A stretch of DNA of 63,654 bases, filler included, from Collodictyon triciliatum (lineage: Eukaryota): NCBI GenBank assembly GCA_043381765.1. It is 6 parts of 6 records of this genome, joined end to end, with 100 filler letters (N's around TTAATTAATTAA, not from the genome) between each part and the next. Parts side by side here need not be neighbours in the genome. Positions count along the whole stretch, not along the records: positions 1 to 11,721 come from JBHJMP010002342.1; 5 more parts are not named here. The stretch is one strand, 5' to 3'. A program made the position numbers and the translations under genes. This document shows, one piece after another, positions 1-8,565 of the stretch. How positions within the stretch are numbered: the first letter of the stretch is position 1; every line of letters starts with the position of its first letter. The notes below the pieces were generated by a model. The model made no database searches. It had not been told where the DNA came from and saw nothing but the letters and a program-made list of their open reading frames with translations.

Positions 1-7
1 TAATAAA

Positions 8-2320
8 ATGCAAGCGATTGAGTTCATAGTTACAAATCAAATCCCATATGCCTATGCCCATTACTATTTAGAAAATGGTAAAAAGCATACTATCATTGAG
101 AAGAACGACTGCCCATTAAATGAGTTAGACGCGTATAAGGAAAAGAGTAAAGTTATGTATAATACATACTGCTCATATCTTAAACGAAGAGTGACTCGAG
201 AGGAAAAGAAAGATAAGTGTTTTAGAGTTGCGTCACTTTATCTAAAGTATGTTCCCGACCTTGTTTGTATTGATTGTGATTCTGAAGAGGTAAATGACCC
301 TAATCAACTTGGGCAAATTTTAAATGTCCCAACAATCAACAATTCGATGTGCTGGACACGAGGTAACAACAAGGGCTTTCATATCTATGTAAAAGTCAAA
401 GGTTTTCAAAAGTCAATGGAGGGCACCAAGGTGTTTGGTGAAGGAATGCCAGATGTTGATATCATAAAGTATACAAAGAACATCTGGGAGCGTGAAGATA
501 AAGTGTTTAAAAACAAAATATCTGACTTTGATTTTTCCAGCATTTCACATTTGCTAAAGTCAAAGAAACGCACTATTGAACAAACGTTACCTGAAAATGT
601 TGAGTCTACTATTTGTCCTATTATTGAAAGTAAAGTAAAAGCCAACTGTCCTTTGCAAGACAAGATTTTCACCGAGGTGTTAATTGATAAGATGTTGGAC
701 CAAGGATATTTTAAAATAATTCCACCAGACTATGACAATTGGGTCAAGTATGGGTTTATTTTAGTCAATGCAAATGTTGATAATTTGCAAGAGACCTGGT
801 TAAAAGTTTGTGAACAGGTTCCAGATTCTCAAGAGTCAAGTACCAAAGAACGACTTGAAAAATTAAGCCAGTTACAAAATACACCAAAGTCTAAACACCC
901 AGTTACATTTAGAACGCTACTTACAATGCTAAAACAACTATTGTCGGAAAAAGTTTATGAAGCAATGTATAAATTGGTTTTTTATTCTTATAAGAACAAG
1001 TGTCAGGAACAATGGTACGATGTAACCAAAGAAAAATTTGAAAAAGATCATTTTGAATTCAAGGGTAGAGTTATGGAAATCAATTCTGACTTTACTCTTT
1101 ATCAATGGGTGCAGTTGGATGTTCAAATGGCTAATGCGCACTTACATAAAAATTTTGATGGACACCTAGTATATTTCTTAGACCTTTGGCGTCGAGATGC
1201 AAAGAAAAGAGTGGTCAAAAATATAATTATGCGCCCTGACTTGCCACGAGAGTTAGACCCAATTAAATATCCCAACACTTACAATACTTTCCAAGGGTAT
1301 TTAATTGAAAAGCATGGGGACATTCGTGTCCAATTAACTGATGAAGACCTCAGTCAGTGGAAAAAAACGTCATACATTTGTTGGGTGATTTGGCACCAGC
1401 TATGCGACGAGACTCCCGAATTATACGAAGAGGTTATGCAAACATTTGCGAATTTACTTTTTGCTCCCCAGGACATAGGTAGGTACCATTCGTGTCTTAC
1501 ATTTTACAGCGACACGGAGGGTGTGGGTAAGTCTCTCATTACAACAAACTTGTTTGTTAATACGATCATTGGACCCAATTATGCAATCAAGACGAGCAAG
1601 ATGGACGATATCTTTGGTAAGTACACAGAGCTAGCTGAAAACAAAATTTTAGTTGTGATTGAGGAAGGTAAAAAGTCTGATGCGATTCCATTTGCTGATG
1701 TTGCGAAGGACTGGTTGACTTCTGAAACAGCCATTGTACATAAGAAATGCCAAAGCAAGTATATTACAAACAATTGCTGCCATCTGATTTGCAACACCAA
1801 CAATAAGAGTGTTTGGAAGGTTTCAGAAACAAACCGACGATACTTGATTTCCCACTGCAAGGAAGAATTGTTGCGTAAGGACTACCTCGATGATGTCCTG
1901 GCTGAAATCAAGAATTTAGATGAGGTTGTTAAATTTTGTAGGGTGCTTTATACAATCTTTGACAAGAACTGGCAGTGTGAGAAATACATTCAAAATCAAT
2001 ACAAGCAAACTGAAATTTACAAAGAGCAGTTACAGGACCAAATCAGCCAGATTGATATGTTCTATAAGCAGTACTTGATTGACGATACTTTAATTAAAAG
2101 AGACTGTTTGGATAAAGATATCAAACCTTTGGACCTATATACAAAATTCAGGTGCATGATATCAAGCTGCGGAATCCAGGACAAAGACATTTGGACGAAC
2201 CGACGATTTGGAGAGCAATTGAAAAAGACCCCCGGGGTTGAACAGAATGGCTACAAGAATTACAAAATTTCTTGGAAAAAGATTGAAGAGTACCTTCATG
2301 AAAAACATTTACTTGAATAA
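8..2320 (+). CDS. Primase-helicase: PrimPol (AEP) + PriCT-2 + D5-like superfamily 3 helicase + C-terminal winged-helix-like region
   Basis: AEP motifs LVCIDCD, TRGNNKGFHIY and DVDII; PriCT-2-like YDNWVKYGFIL; SF3 Walker A EGVGKS, Walker B VVIEE, motif C ICNTN and arginine finger NRRY. Uninterrupted 770-aa ORF. Confidence 0.88.
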   Translation: MQAIEFIVTNQIPYAYAHYYLENGKKHTIIEKNDCPLNELDAYKEKSKVMYNTYCSYLKRRVTREEKKDKCFRVASLYLKYVPDLVCIDCDSEEVNDPNQLGQILNVPTINNSMCWTRGNNKGFHIYVKVKGFQKSMEGTKVFGEGMPDVDIIKYTKNIWEREDKVFKNKISDFDFSSISHLLKSKKRTIEQTLPENVESTICPIIESKVKANCPLQDKIFTEVLIDKMLDQGYFKIIPPDYDNWVKYGFILVNANVDNLQETWLKVCEQVPDSQESSTKERLEKLSQLQNTPKSKHPVTFRTLLTMLKQLLSEKVYEAMYKLVFYSYKNKCQEQWYDVTKEKFEKDHFEFKGRVMEINSDFTLYQWVQLDVQMANAHLHKNFDGHLVYFLDLWRRDAKKRVVKNIIMRPDLPRELDPIKYPNTYNTFQGYLIEKHGDIRVQLTDEDLSQWKKTSYICWVIWHQLCDETPELYEEVMQTFANLLFAPQDIGRYHSCLTFYSDTEGVGKSLITTNLFVNTIIGPNYAIKTSKMDDIFGKYTELAENKILVVIEEGKKSDAIPFADVAKDWLTSETAIVHKKCQSKYITNNCCHLICNTNNKSVWKVSETNRRYLISHCKEELLRKDYLDDVLAEIKNLDEVVKFCRVLYTIFDKNWQCEKYIQNQYKQTEIYKEQLQDQISQIDMFYKQYLIDDTLIKRDCLDKDIKPLDLYTKFRCMISSCGIQDKDIWTNRRFGEQLKKTPGVEQNGYKNYKISWKKIEEYLHEKHLLE

Positions 2321-2346
2321 ATTTGTGCAACTTGCACCAATTTATT
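2316..2346 (+). terminator. Hairpin overlapping the primase-helicase stop codon; candidate 3'-end/polyadenylation signal
   Basis: AATAAATTTGTGCAA-C-TTGCACCAATTTATT: 15-nt arms with 14 of 15 pairs complementary. Confidence 0.5.
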
Positions 2347-2413
2347 TATTAATATTTCTAATGCGTAAAATCATTAGTAATAGTTCAGTAGTGTAATATT
2401 TTGGATACATCGT

Positions 2414-2421
2414 AAAATTGA
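2414..2421 (+). promoter_or_regulatory. AAAATTGA, identical to the Mimiviridae early promoter motif, about 75 nt upstream of the ATG at 2495
   Basis: Exact octamer in the intergenic region. It is AT-rich, so a chance match is possible. Confidence 0.3.
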
Positions 2422-2494
2422 ATTTCTATATGTATGTGTGACTAGTTTTTTAAGTGCGTTTTTATCTAAAAATTCTTTTCTTTGTAATATTAGG

Positions 2495-3043
2495 ATGGCG
2501 CCAAAGATATCTGAAGAAGTTAAAAAAATGTTACCTGAAAACTGGGAAAAGAATTTTGAGCCGATTGCCCCCGAAGATATCCAAGTGGGGGATTACATTG
2601 CGTACGTCGATGTACCAAGAGCGTACACCAGAAAATTTCAAGGAGAAAATAAAGGTGGTTTCAAAAAAGGCGGGTTCATTACGTTTGTGCCCGACCTAGA
2701 ACAATCCGAGCTGAGAGGAAACAAAGATGAGGTGTTTGGGTTTAGACAATATAGTTTCAGATGGAGCGTGAATGCAAGTAACGTTCTACTCTTTTTGAAA
2801 ACAAAAAAGAACGTGGAGGCAATGATGGAAGCAGCCAAGGATAAATCCAAAAAGTCAAACGCAAAGAAACGTGTTGAAAAGGTTGAACTTGAGAATAGAA
2901 TTTTATCCGAAGAATTGAAGGAAGCCCTGGAAATTACCAAACGTGCAAGAACACGCAAGACTCCCCCTGTGGACGAGGAGGCTCCAGGCCCTGCACCCAA
3001 GAGGACCCGCAAGCGGAGTGCTACACCTTTACCACTTGAATAA
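2495..3043 (+). CDS. Hypothetical element protein (~182 aa): small beta-rich N-terminal domain, coiled coil and basic NLS-like tail
   Basis: First ATG is at 2495 (the ORF track starts at an upstream GTG). Motifs GDYIAY, FKKGGFI and RWSVN; tail PAPKRTRKRS. Confidence 0.7.
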   Translation: MAPKISEEVKKMLPENWEKNFEPIAPEDIQVGDYIAYVDVPRAYTRKFQGENKGGFKKGGFITFVPDLEQSELRGNKDEVFGFRQYSFRWSVNASNVLLFLKTKKNVEAMMEAAKDKSKKSNAKKRVEKVELENRILSEELKEALEITKRARTRKTPPVDEEAPGPAPKRTRKRSATPLPLE

Positions 3044-3044
3044 A

Positions 3045-4346
3045 CTAATCATCCAGTAAAGCAAATGTGTCTTTTCTAAGATTTCTAAAACGTGTTGGAG
3101 GTTGCTCGGGGCTCTCGGGTTCTTTTTCAACTGGCGGTATTTTTTTTGGTCTGCCACGAGGGCGTTTTTCTTTGATTGGCTCGTTGGGGTCTTTTGGTTT
3201 AGGTGGGCGCCCTCGTTTACCCGGTGGGCCTTTGGGACCGATCGGGTTTTTGCGCGGTGCTCCAACCCCGCGTTTTTCCTTATACAATTCTTTAAAGGAA
3301 TACAGTTCATGTTTGGGTTCATGCCTGCCCTCGGTTGTATCGCTATCGACTTTTAAAAGGTCGTGTCGTTGAAACTTCTTTCCAGACAAGTCCCAGTCTT
3401 TGTTATATTTTAGACCGTACATGATAACTGCAAATTCACTTTCTGGTTCATATATTTTTGATATTTCATAAAGGTCAAACGACCACTTGGGCATATACCC
3501 TTTGTCTTCTTTAATTGTTTTTTTAATCGTCGCGCCGAAAACAACTTTATCCATTGCGACGCGCACTTTGTCACCAATTTGCAAACGACTTTGAGGTCCT
3601 TTGCTAATATTTTTATTTGCGTTATAGTAACCTACATTTGCAGCTATCTTATCTTTATACTTGTCAAGGACTGCAAGTTCAGGGATTACTTTAGTTGTTG
3701 CGTTTGGTGTAAGATTAAATGCTTCCACAAATTTGTCCAGGTCGGGTATCGGGTCTTTACCTGTTTTCTGTTTATACGAGTAAAGTGCTTTTTTGATTCG
3801 TCCATTGTAACGTTCCACGTAGGCGTTGGTTGTTGGATTTGCGACGCTCGAAAAAACCTGTCGTATGCCATTTGCTTTCATCCATTTTTCAACTTCTGCG
3901 GCTTTAAAATTTTGAGCATTGTCGGATTGAATTGTATGTAAAAATGGGTATTCTTCTTTTATGTCATCAAGACAACTAACTACATTTTCCGCAGTGGCGC
4001 TTGGCAATGCAAACGACCAGGCCTTTCTGCTGTACACATCCACAAAATTCAACAAATCGGTTATATTTGGCGACCCTAATTTTTTAATATCCATAGCGTC
4101 CATTTGCAGGTAGCCAGGCTTTGAGCGTTGCAGGGTGGGTGTTGTTTTGGCAGTCCCAATTTTTTGGTGTGTTTGCCAGTCGGGTTGGACTTGGATGAAT
4201 TTATCGACGTAACTGCGTGGGATACCGAATTCACGGACTGCGCGGAAAAGACTGTCACGGGAATTAGTGTGTTGGGGTGCATTGTAATATACATCATTTA
4301 ATTTTGCTTGCCATTCGTCTCGCGGTAGAATTTTGGACTTCTCCAT
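3045..4346 (-). CDS. Maverick/Polinton-type retroviral-like (rve, DDE) integrase with C-terminal AT-hooks
   Basis: Maverick-like N-terminus LNDVYYN..FIQVQPDWQTHQK; DDE triad in LQMD, IQSDN and YVERYN; VDVYSRKAW; post-catalytic IGDKVRV..KGYMPKWSFDLYEI; tail KRGRPPK and RPRGRPKK. Confidence 0.9.
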   Translation of the reverse strand: MEKSKILPRDEWQAKLNDVYYNAPQHTNSRDSLFRAVREFGIPRSYVDKFIQVQPDWQTHQKIGTAKTTPTLQRSKPGYLQMDAMDIKKLGSPNITDLLNFVDVYSRKAWSFALPSATAENVVSCLDDIKEEYPFLHTIQSDNAQNFKAAEVEKWMKANGIRQVFSSVANPTTNAYVERYNGRIKKALYSYKQKTGKDPIPDLDKFVEAFNLTPNATTKVIPELAVLDKYKDKIAANVGYYNANKNISKGPQSRLQIGDKVRVAMDKVVFGATIKKTIKEDKGYMPKWSFDLYEISKIYEPESEFAVIMYGLKYNKDWDLSGKKFQRHDLLKVDSDTTEGRHEPKHELYSFKELYKEKRGVGAPRKNPIGPKGPPGKRGRPPKPKDPNEPIKEKRPRGRPKKIPPVEKEPESPEQPPTRFRNLRKDTFALLDD

Positions 4347-4500
4347 TATTTTCGGCCATATTTTTTTTTGCTAATTGATTTTGCATATTTTTGTGAATGA
4401 ACTTACTGCTGGAAAATTCCGGGTCGTACATGTTTTTCAACTTGTAGTCCTTCTTTTTCTTTTCGACTTTAGATTTCTTGTATTGCTTATCCTTGACCAT
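4294..4500 (-). CDS. Small lysine-rich ORF (68 aa) overlapping the integrase start
   Basis: ATG start, preceded by the same TCTTGTT(N6)ATG motif as the ORF at 8566; contains an A9 run. Confidence 0.5.
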   Translation of the reverse strand: MVKDKQYKKSKVEKKKKDYKLKNMYDPEFSSSKFIHKNMQNQLAKKNMAENNGEVQNSTARRMASKIK

Positions 4501-4536
4501 AGTTTGAACAAGAAATAAAATTTGTTTGTAATTGTA
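4501..4536. promoter_or_regulatory. 36-bp divergent intergenic region; putative bidirectional promoter
   Basis: Separates head-to-head ATGs at 4500(-) and 4537(+). Contains TCTTGTT on the minus strand and TTTGTAAT on the plus strand; the latter also precedes the ATG at 2495. Confidence 0.45.
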
Positions 4537-7500
4537 ATGAAACGTGGAAAGATAGTGACAGACGCTAGAGTTGAGGCAATGAAAAAAGCAGCAAAGGAAA
4601 AAAGAATGAAAAAAACAACATCACAAATAGTTCCCGAACAATCACCCCCCAAAGTGGCACCCGACCTAGCAAGAAAACGTATGCCGGACCTTTCTTTATT
4701 GTCCCCCCCTACTCCTGAGGAGACTATAACGTTTTCTAGCCCAGAAAAAACTACACCAGACAAACCTTCTGTTAGCAGAAAACTTAATTTAACTCCTAGC
4801 CCACTTAGTGAAAAGATAAAAGCAGTCACCCCAGAAAAAGTTCAAGAATTAAAAGAAGAAAGAGGAAAGTTAGCCTCAAAACTAAAAATATTGTCCGCAA
4901 CTGATCTGTTTAATTATCACTTTTATGATGAGTTGAAAGACGATTTTGCCAGAGAAGGTTTGCCCATAACTACAGGAGCAGAGTTGATTCAAAAATTAAG
5001 TACGATGCAGCAGTTAAATTTTGGGCCGGGTCGACAACAATTAAATGCAAAAGTAAGAGATAGTATTAAAGATTTTGCAAATAAACTTGTGCATCCCGCG
5101 GACAATAGAAAGTTTGTACCAACGTGGACTGCTCCAGCAATTAATACATTTTTTAAAGAACTTACAGTTGAACCATATGGTGTTGGGGGGGGTCATTATA
5201 TACCACTAACAAATGATATATATAGAAAGCATGAAATAGCAGGTCGGAGTCGGAAGGCATCACCAGCACCACTTGTAAACAGGCCCGCGTTCACACAAGA
5301 ACAACTAGACGAACGGGATGCCCGAAAAAAAGAACGTAGCGCCAGCTATGCAGAAATGAAGGCTAAACGACATGAGGAATTTAAGAAAGATAGGGAAGAA
5401 TTTCGACAGGACTGGAAAGAGGCAATGGAGGAATATGAAAGCACCCTTCCCCCAGGAATGTTGCCTCAATTACAAGATTTAGCACAAATGAGAGAGTATG
5501 TCGAGGATACCGTCGTCCCCACCCGTACTTCAAAACAACGTGAAAATCAAATGATGAAACTCGCGATAAAAGAACAGGAAATGCTGGAAAAACTCAATCA
5601 GGGGATACCCAAAACACCCAAAGCAGAAAAACCAGGGAAAATTTTACCCCCATATGATCAACCTGCAATGGCGTCACCCCCAACATTAGCAAATACACCC
5701 AAACGAGAAAAACCAGGGAAAGTTTTACCCTCAATGCTTCAACCTGCAATGGCGTCACCCGCTCCAAAAAAACCTGTACCTGCAATTGATGTATCCGCTG
5801 CGGCAGACCAATTTAGACTGGCAATAGAGGCAGAAACAAAAGCAAAAGCAAAAGCTGCGGCAGAAGCAAAAGCAAAAGCAGACGCAGAAGCAAGAAGAAA
5901 AGCTGCGCAAGAATTATTAAGACTGGCAGTAGAAGGAGCACAAACAAAAGCAGAGACAGAACAAGTTAGACTGATATTAGAGGCAGAAGCTAAAGCAAAA
6001 GCTGCGGCAGAAGCAAAAGCTGCGGCAGAAGCAAAAGCTGCGGCAGACGCAGAAGCAAGAAGAAAAGCTGCGGAAGACGCTAAAGCGAAAGAAATGCAAG
6101 AAGCATATAACCGGGAAATAGCAAAGGCAGAAAAAGCAAAGGCAAAAAGAAAACAAAAAGCTGCGGCAGAAGCTAAAGCTGCGGCAGAAGCTAAAGCTGC
6201 GGCAGAAGCTAAAGCTGAGGCAGAAGCAAAAGCTGCGGCAGAAGCTAAAATGAAAGCTGAGGAGGACCAATATCAAAGGGTCTTGGCAAAACAACGGGCT
6301 GAACGGGCAGCCGAGTTAGAAAAGGTTGAAGCTTCTGAATTTATGAAAGGTGGACAAAAACAAGATGTAGTTATGACTCCTGAAGTAGCAAGAGGTAATA
6401 AAGTAAACATATCAAGATATATTTCAGAATACAGTAAACTGAAGAATCCCACTATTACACAGATGATTAACTACATGTCACTGTTTGTTGATAACAAAAA
6501 AAGTATTTGGAACGATAGACCAAAGACAAAATTTACATGGAACAAGGCAATTGGATATTTTGAAAAGTTTTTTTATGAGATGAGATACTTGGAACCAGGC
6601 ACAGAAGAAATGTTTGAAAAGCTTACCGTGTTTAGTCCAGAAGGTCTAGCTTTATTAGGACAAGCTATGAAGTTAACAGAATCAAAAAGTACTAGACCCG
6701 TATTTGTTAATTTAATTAAAATAATGAGCACGGACTCAGATGAGGAAATGAGAGAAAATGCGCAAGCTACCTTGATGAAACTTTATTCGTATGTAATCTT
6801 CAATTATTGGAAAACAGAAAAATATGAATTACCGAAAGATACATTTAGTGAATCAAGTTTAAGGAATGTAGGAAGCATGATAGATAAAATACAAAATACA
6901 CGGGATCTAGTACAATATCTATACTCAACAGTTAATCAGAGTAAAGAAAAAAGACTTTGGCGTGAGTGGATACCGTATGCATCATCAAATATACTAGAAA
7001 ATACTGATATATACATTCAACGGATAAAAGGTCAGGCAGGGGATGAGTTTAATAAATACTTTTTAACAAATGAAAGAGGCAATCTTTTAAAAATGTGTAT
7101 AGACCTGGATGATTGGAGATATCCCAATGTAACTAGTAAAAATAGTTTGGTTGCAAAATACCGACAAGCTATTGAAAAAAAAACTAACATTGACATAACA
7201 GATTTAATTAAAGATTGGAAAAGAAAACAAAGGGACCAGATGTATAGTAAAGACACGATTAATTTTGTTAGAAGTTTATACACCATAGATGTGTTGGAGA
7301 ATCCAGAAAAGTATGAAGATGTAAAACGGTTACCGTCTGACGAAGCTAGTCTTTATACTGGAGTTTCAAAATCACCGGGGACATTTGCAAGTGCTACATC
7401 ATCATACATTCAGAGGGAAATGGCCAATATGTTGAATATAAAATTAAACCTTACAACAGAGGAAGAAAAGAGAGGTGAACAAATATTGAATGCAATCTAC

Positions 7501-8544
7501 AAAGAGTTTGAACGGGGATATAATGAAAGTTATAAAATACCTGAAAGAACTGTTGCCCAAATTTTAACAACACCTCAAAGAGCAAAATTTGCGTCAACAT
7601 ATCAAGAGTCATCAAGCGCAGGTTACAATATAACTTTAGTAGACCCACAGTCAGCAAAAGAAACTGAGGTTGATAGTGAACCTGAAGATGAAGATGAGCA
7701 GGATACAAAAACTCCGGTACGAAAAGTAAAGGGAGTTGTTGGTGTATCACCAAGCAGCCCAACTCCTGGTAACACTCCTGTTGTTGCAACAAGTAAGTCC
7801 CCATTTAAAAGACCTGACATCAAAACAAGTTTTAAAATAAATGAACGTCTTGCAGATTTATTTCAAAGATTCTATGAGAATTATGATCCTTTACTTCCCC
7901 TTGAACCGCTTGTAGAGTTTACTACTATCGAAAAATATCACAACAACATGAAAAGAAAAACTTTATCTGATTATTCTGTTTACCCGTTAATTGCTATGTG
8001 GAATGAAACAATATATGAATTACGACAATCATTGCGTCGCACCTATAACATTGATATATCGGTTTTTAAGATTCCAGAAGACAGAATAAATTTGTTAATT
8101 CAAAATCCTGAATGGATAAGAGGGTTATATAGAATACTAGTAAGACTTACAAGCATAAACATAGATGAATTGGAATTTAGATTTCTAGCAGATGAATATA
8201 CCCATGTCATAAAAAAAGAATTCCCGGAAGTGTTTGAATCACCACAGCGGATTGAATCCGCAATTAATCAATGGAATGAAATGGAGTCTAGGCAGGATAT
8301 ATATGGGGATACAGGAGTTGAAGAGGTTCCAAGCGATGAGGATGAAAGTGAAAAAGAAGAAGATGATATGCCAGCTTTTGATCCAGGAGTGATAGATAGA
8401 ATTGCTGATGAAGACATTGATTGGGATGAGGAAGAGGAAGAAGAAGAAGAGGAAGAAGAAGAGGAGCCTAAGGAATATAAACAATACATTATTAAAATTT
8501 GGTTAGATGATGCACATACAAGGTTTATAGGAATAACTGCATAA
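4537..8544 (+). CDS. Large hypothetical element protein (~1335 aa) with SP/TP-rich regions, Ala-Glu-Lys helical repeats and an acidic tail
   Basis: Uninterrupted 4-kb ORF; duplicated TPKxEKPGKxLPxxxQPAMASP; AEAKAA repeats; poly-E C-terminus; no catalytic motif recognised. Confidence 0.75.
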   Translation: MKRGKIVTDARVEAMKKAAKEKRMKKTTSQIVPEQSPPKVAPDLARKRMPDLSLLSPPTPEETITFSSPEKTTPDKPSVSRKLNLTPSPLSEKIKAVTPEKVQELKEERGKLASKLKILSATDLFNYHFYDELKDDFAREGLPITTGAELIQKLSTMQQLNFGPGRQQLNAKVRDSIKDFANKLVHPADNRKFVPTWTAPAINTFFKELTVEPYGVGGGHYIPLTNDIYRKHEIAGRSRKASPAPLVNRPAFTQEQLDERDARKKERSASYAEMKAKRHEEFKKDREEFRQDWKEAMEEYESTLPPGMLPQLQDLAQMREYVEDTVVPTRTSKQRENQMMKLAIKEQEMLEKLNQGIPKTPKAEKPGKILPPYDQPAMASPPTLANTPKREKPGKVLPSMLQPAMASPAPKKPVPAIDVSAAADQFRLAIEAETKAKAKAAAEAKAKADAEARRKAAQELLRLAVEGAQTKAETEQVRLILEAEAKAKAAAEAKAAAEAKAAADAEARRKAAEDAKAKEMQEAYNREIAKAEKAKAKRKQKAAAEAKAAAEAKAAAEAKAEAEAKAAAEAKMKAEEDQYQRVLAKQRAERAAELEKVEASEFMKGGQKQDVVMTPEVARGNKVNISRYISEYSKLKNPTITQMINYMSLFVDNKKSIWNDRPKTKFTWNKAIGYFEKFFYEMRYLEPGTEEMFEKLTVFSPEGLALLGQAMKLTESKSTRPVFVNLIKIMSTDSDEEMRENAQATLMKLYSYVIFNYWKTEKYELPKDTFSESSLRNVGSMIDKIQNTRDLVQYLYSTVNQSKEKRLWREWIPYASSNILENTDIYIQRIKGQAGDEFNKYFLTNERGNLLKMCIDLDDWRYPNVTSKNSLVAKYRQAIEKKTNIDITDLIKDWKRKQRDQMYSKDTINFVRSLYTIDVLENPEKYEDVKRLPSDEASLYTGVSKSPGTFASATSSYIQREMANMLNIKLNLTTEEEKRGEQILNAIYKEFERGYNESYKIPERTVAQILTTPQRAKFASTYQESSSAGYNITLVDPQSAKETEVDSEPEDEDEQDTKTPVRKVKGVVGVSPSSPTPGNTPVVATSKSPFKRPDIKTSFKINERLADLFQRFYENYDPLLPLEPLVEFTTIEKYHNNMKRKTLSDYSVYPLIAMWNETIYELRQSLRRTYNIDISVFKIPEDRINLLIQNPEWIRGLYRILVRLTSINIDELEFRFLADEYTHVIKKEFPEVFESPQRIESAINQWNEMESRQDIYGDTGVEEVPSDEDESEKEEDDMPAFDPGVIDRIADEDIDWDEEEEEEEEEEEEEPKEYKQYIIKIWLDDAHTRFIGITA
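5614..5760 (+). repeat. Two in-frame copies of a coding repeat with 81-bp period
   Basis: ACACCCAAA..GAAAAACCAGGGAAA..TTTTACCC..CAACCTGCAATGGCGTCACCC at 5614 and 5695. Confidence 0.85.
5813..6260 (+). repeat. Coding minisatellite (18-bp GCAGAAGC[A/T]AAAGCTGCG units) within a larger duplicated block
   Basis: Encodes AEAKAA repeats; the block RLxxEAExKAK..ADAEARRKAA occurs twice. Confidence 0.85.
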
Positions 8545-8565
8545 AAATAATATCTTGTTTATAAT

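Noticed and set aside
5813-6260. TolA or other bacterial protein call from AEAKAA repeats
   Set aside because: Low-complexity resemblance only; no membrane anchor or TolA C-terminal domain, and the context is viral-like.
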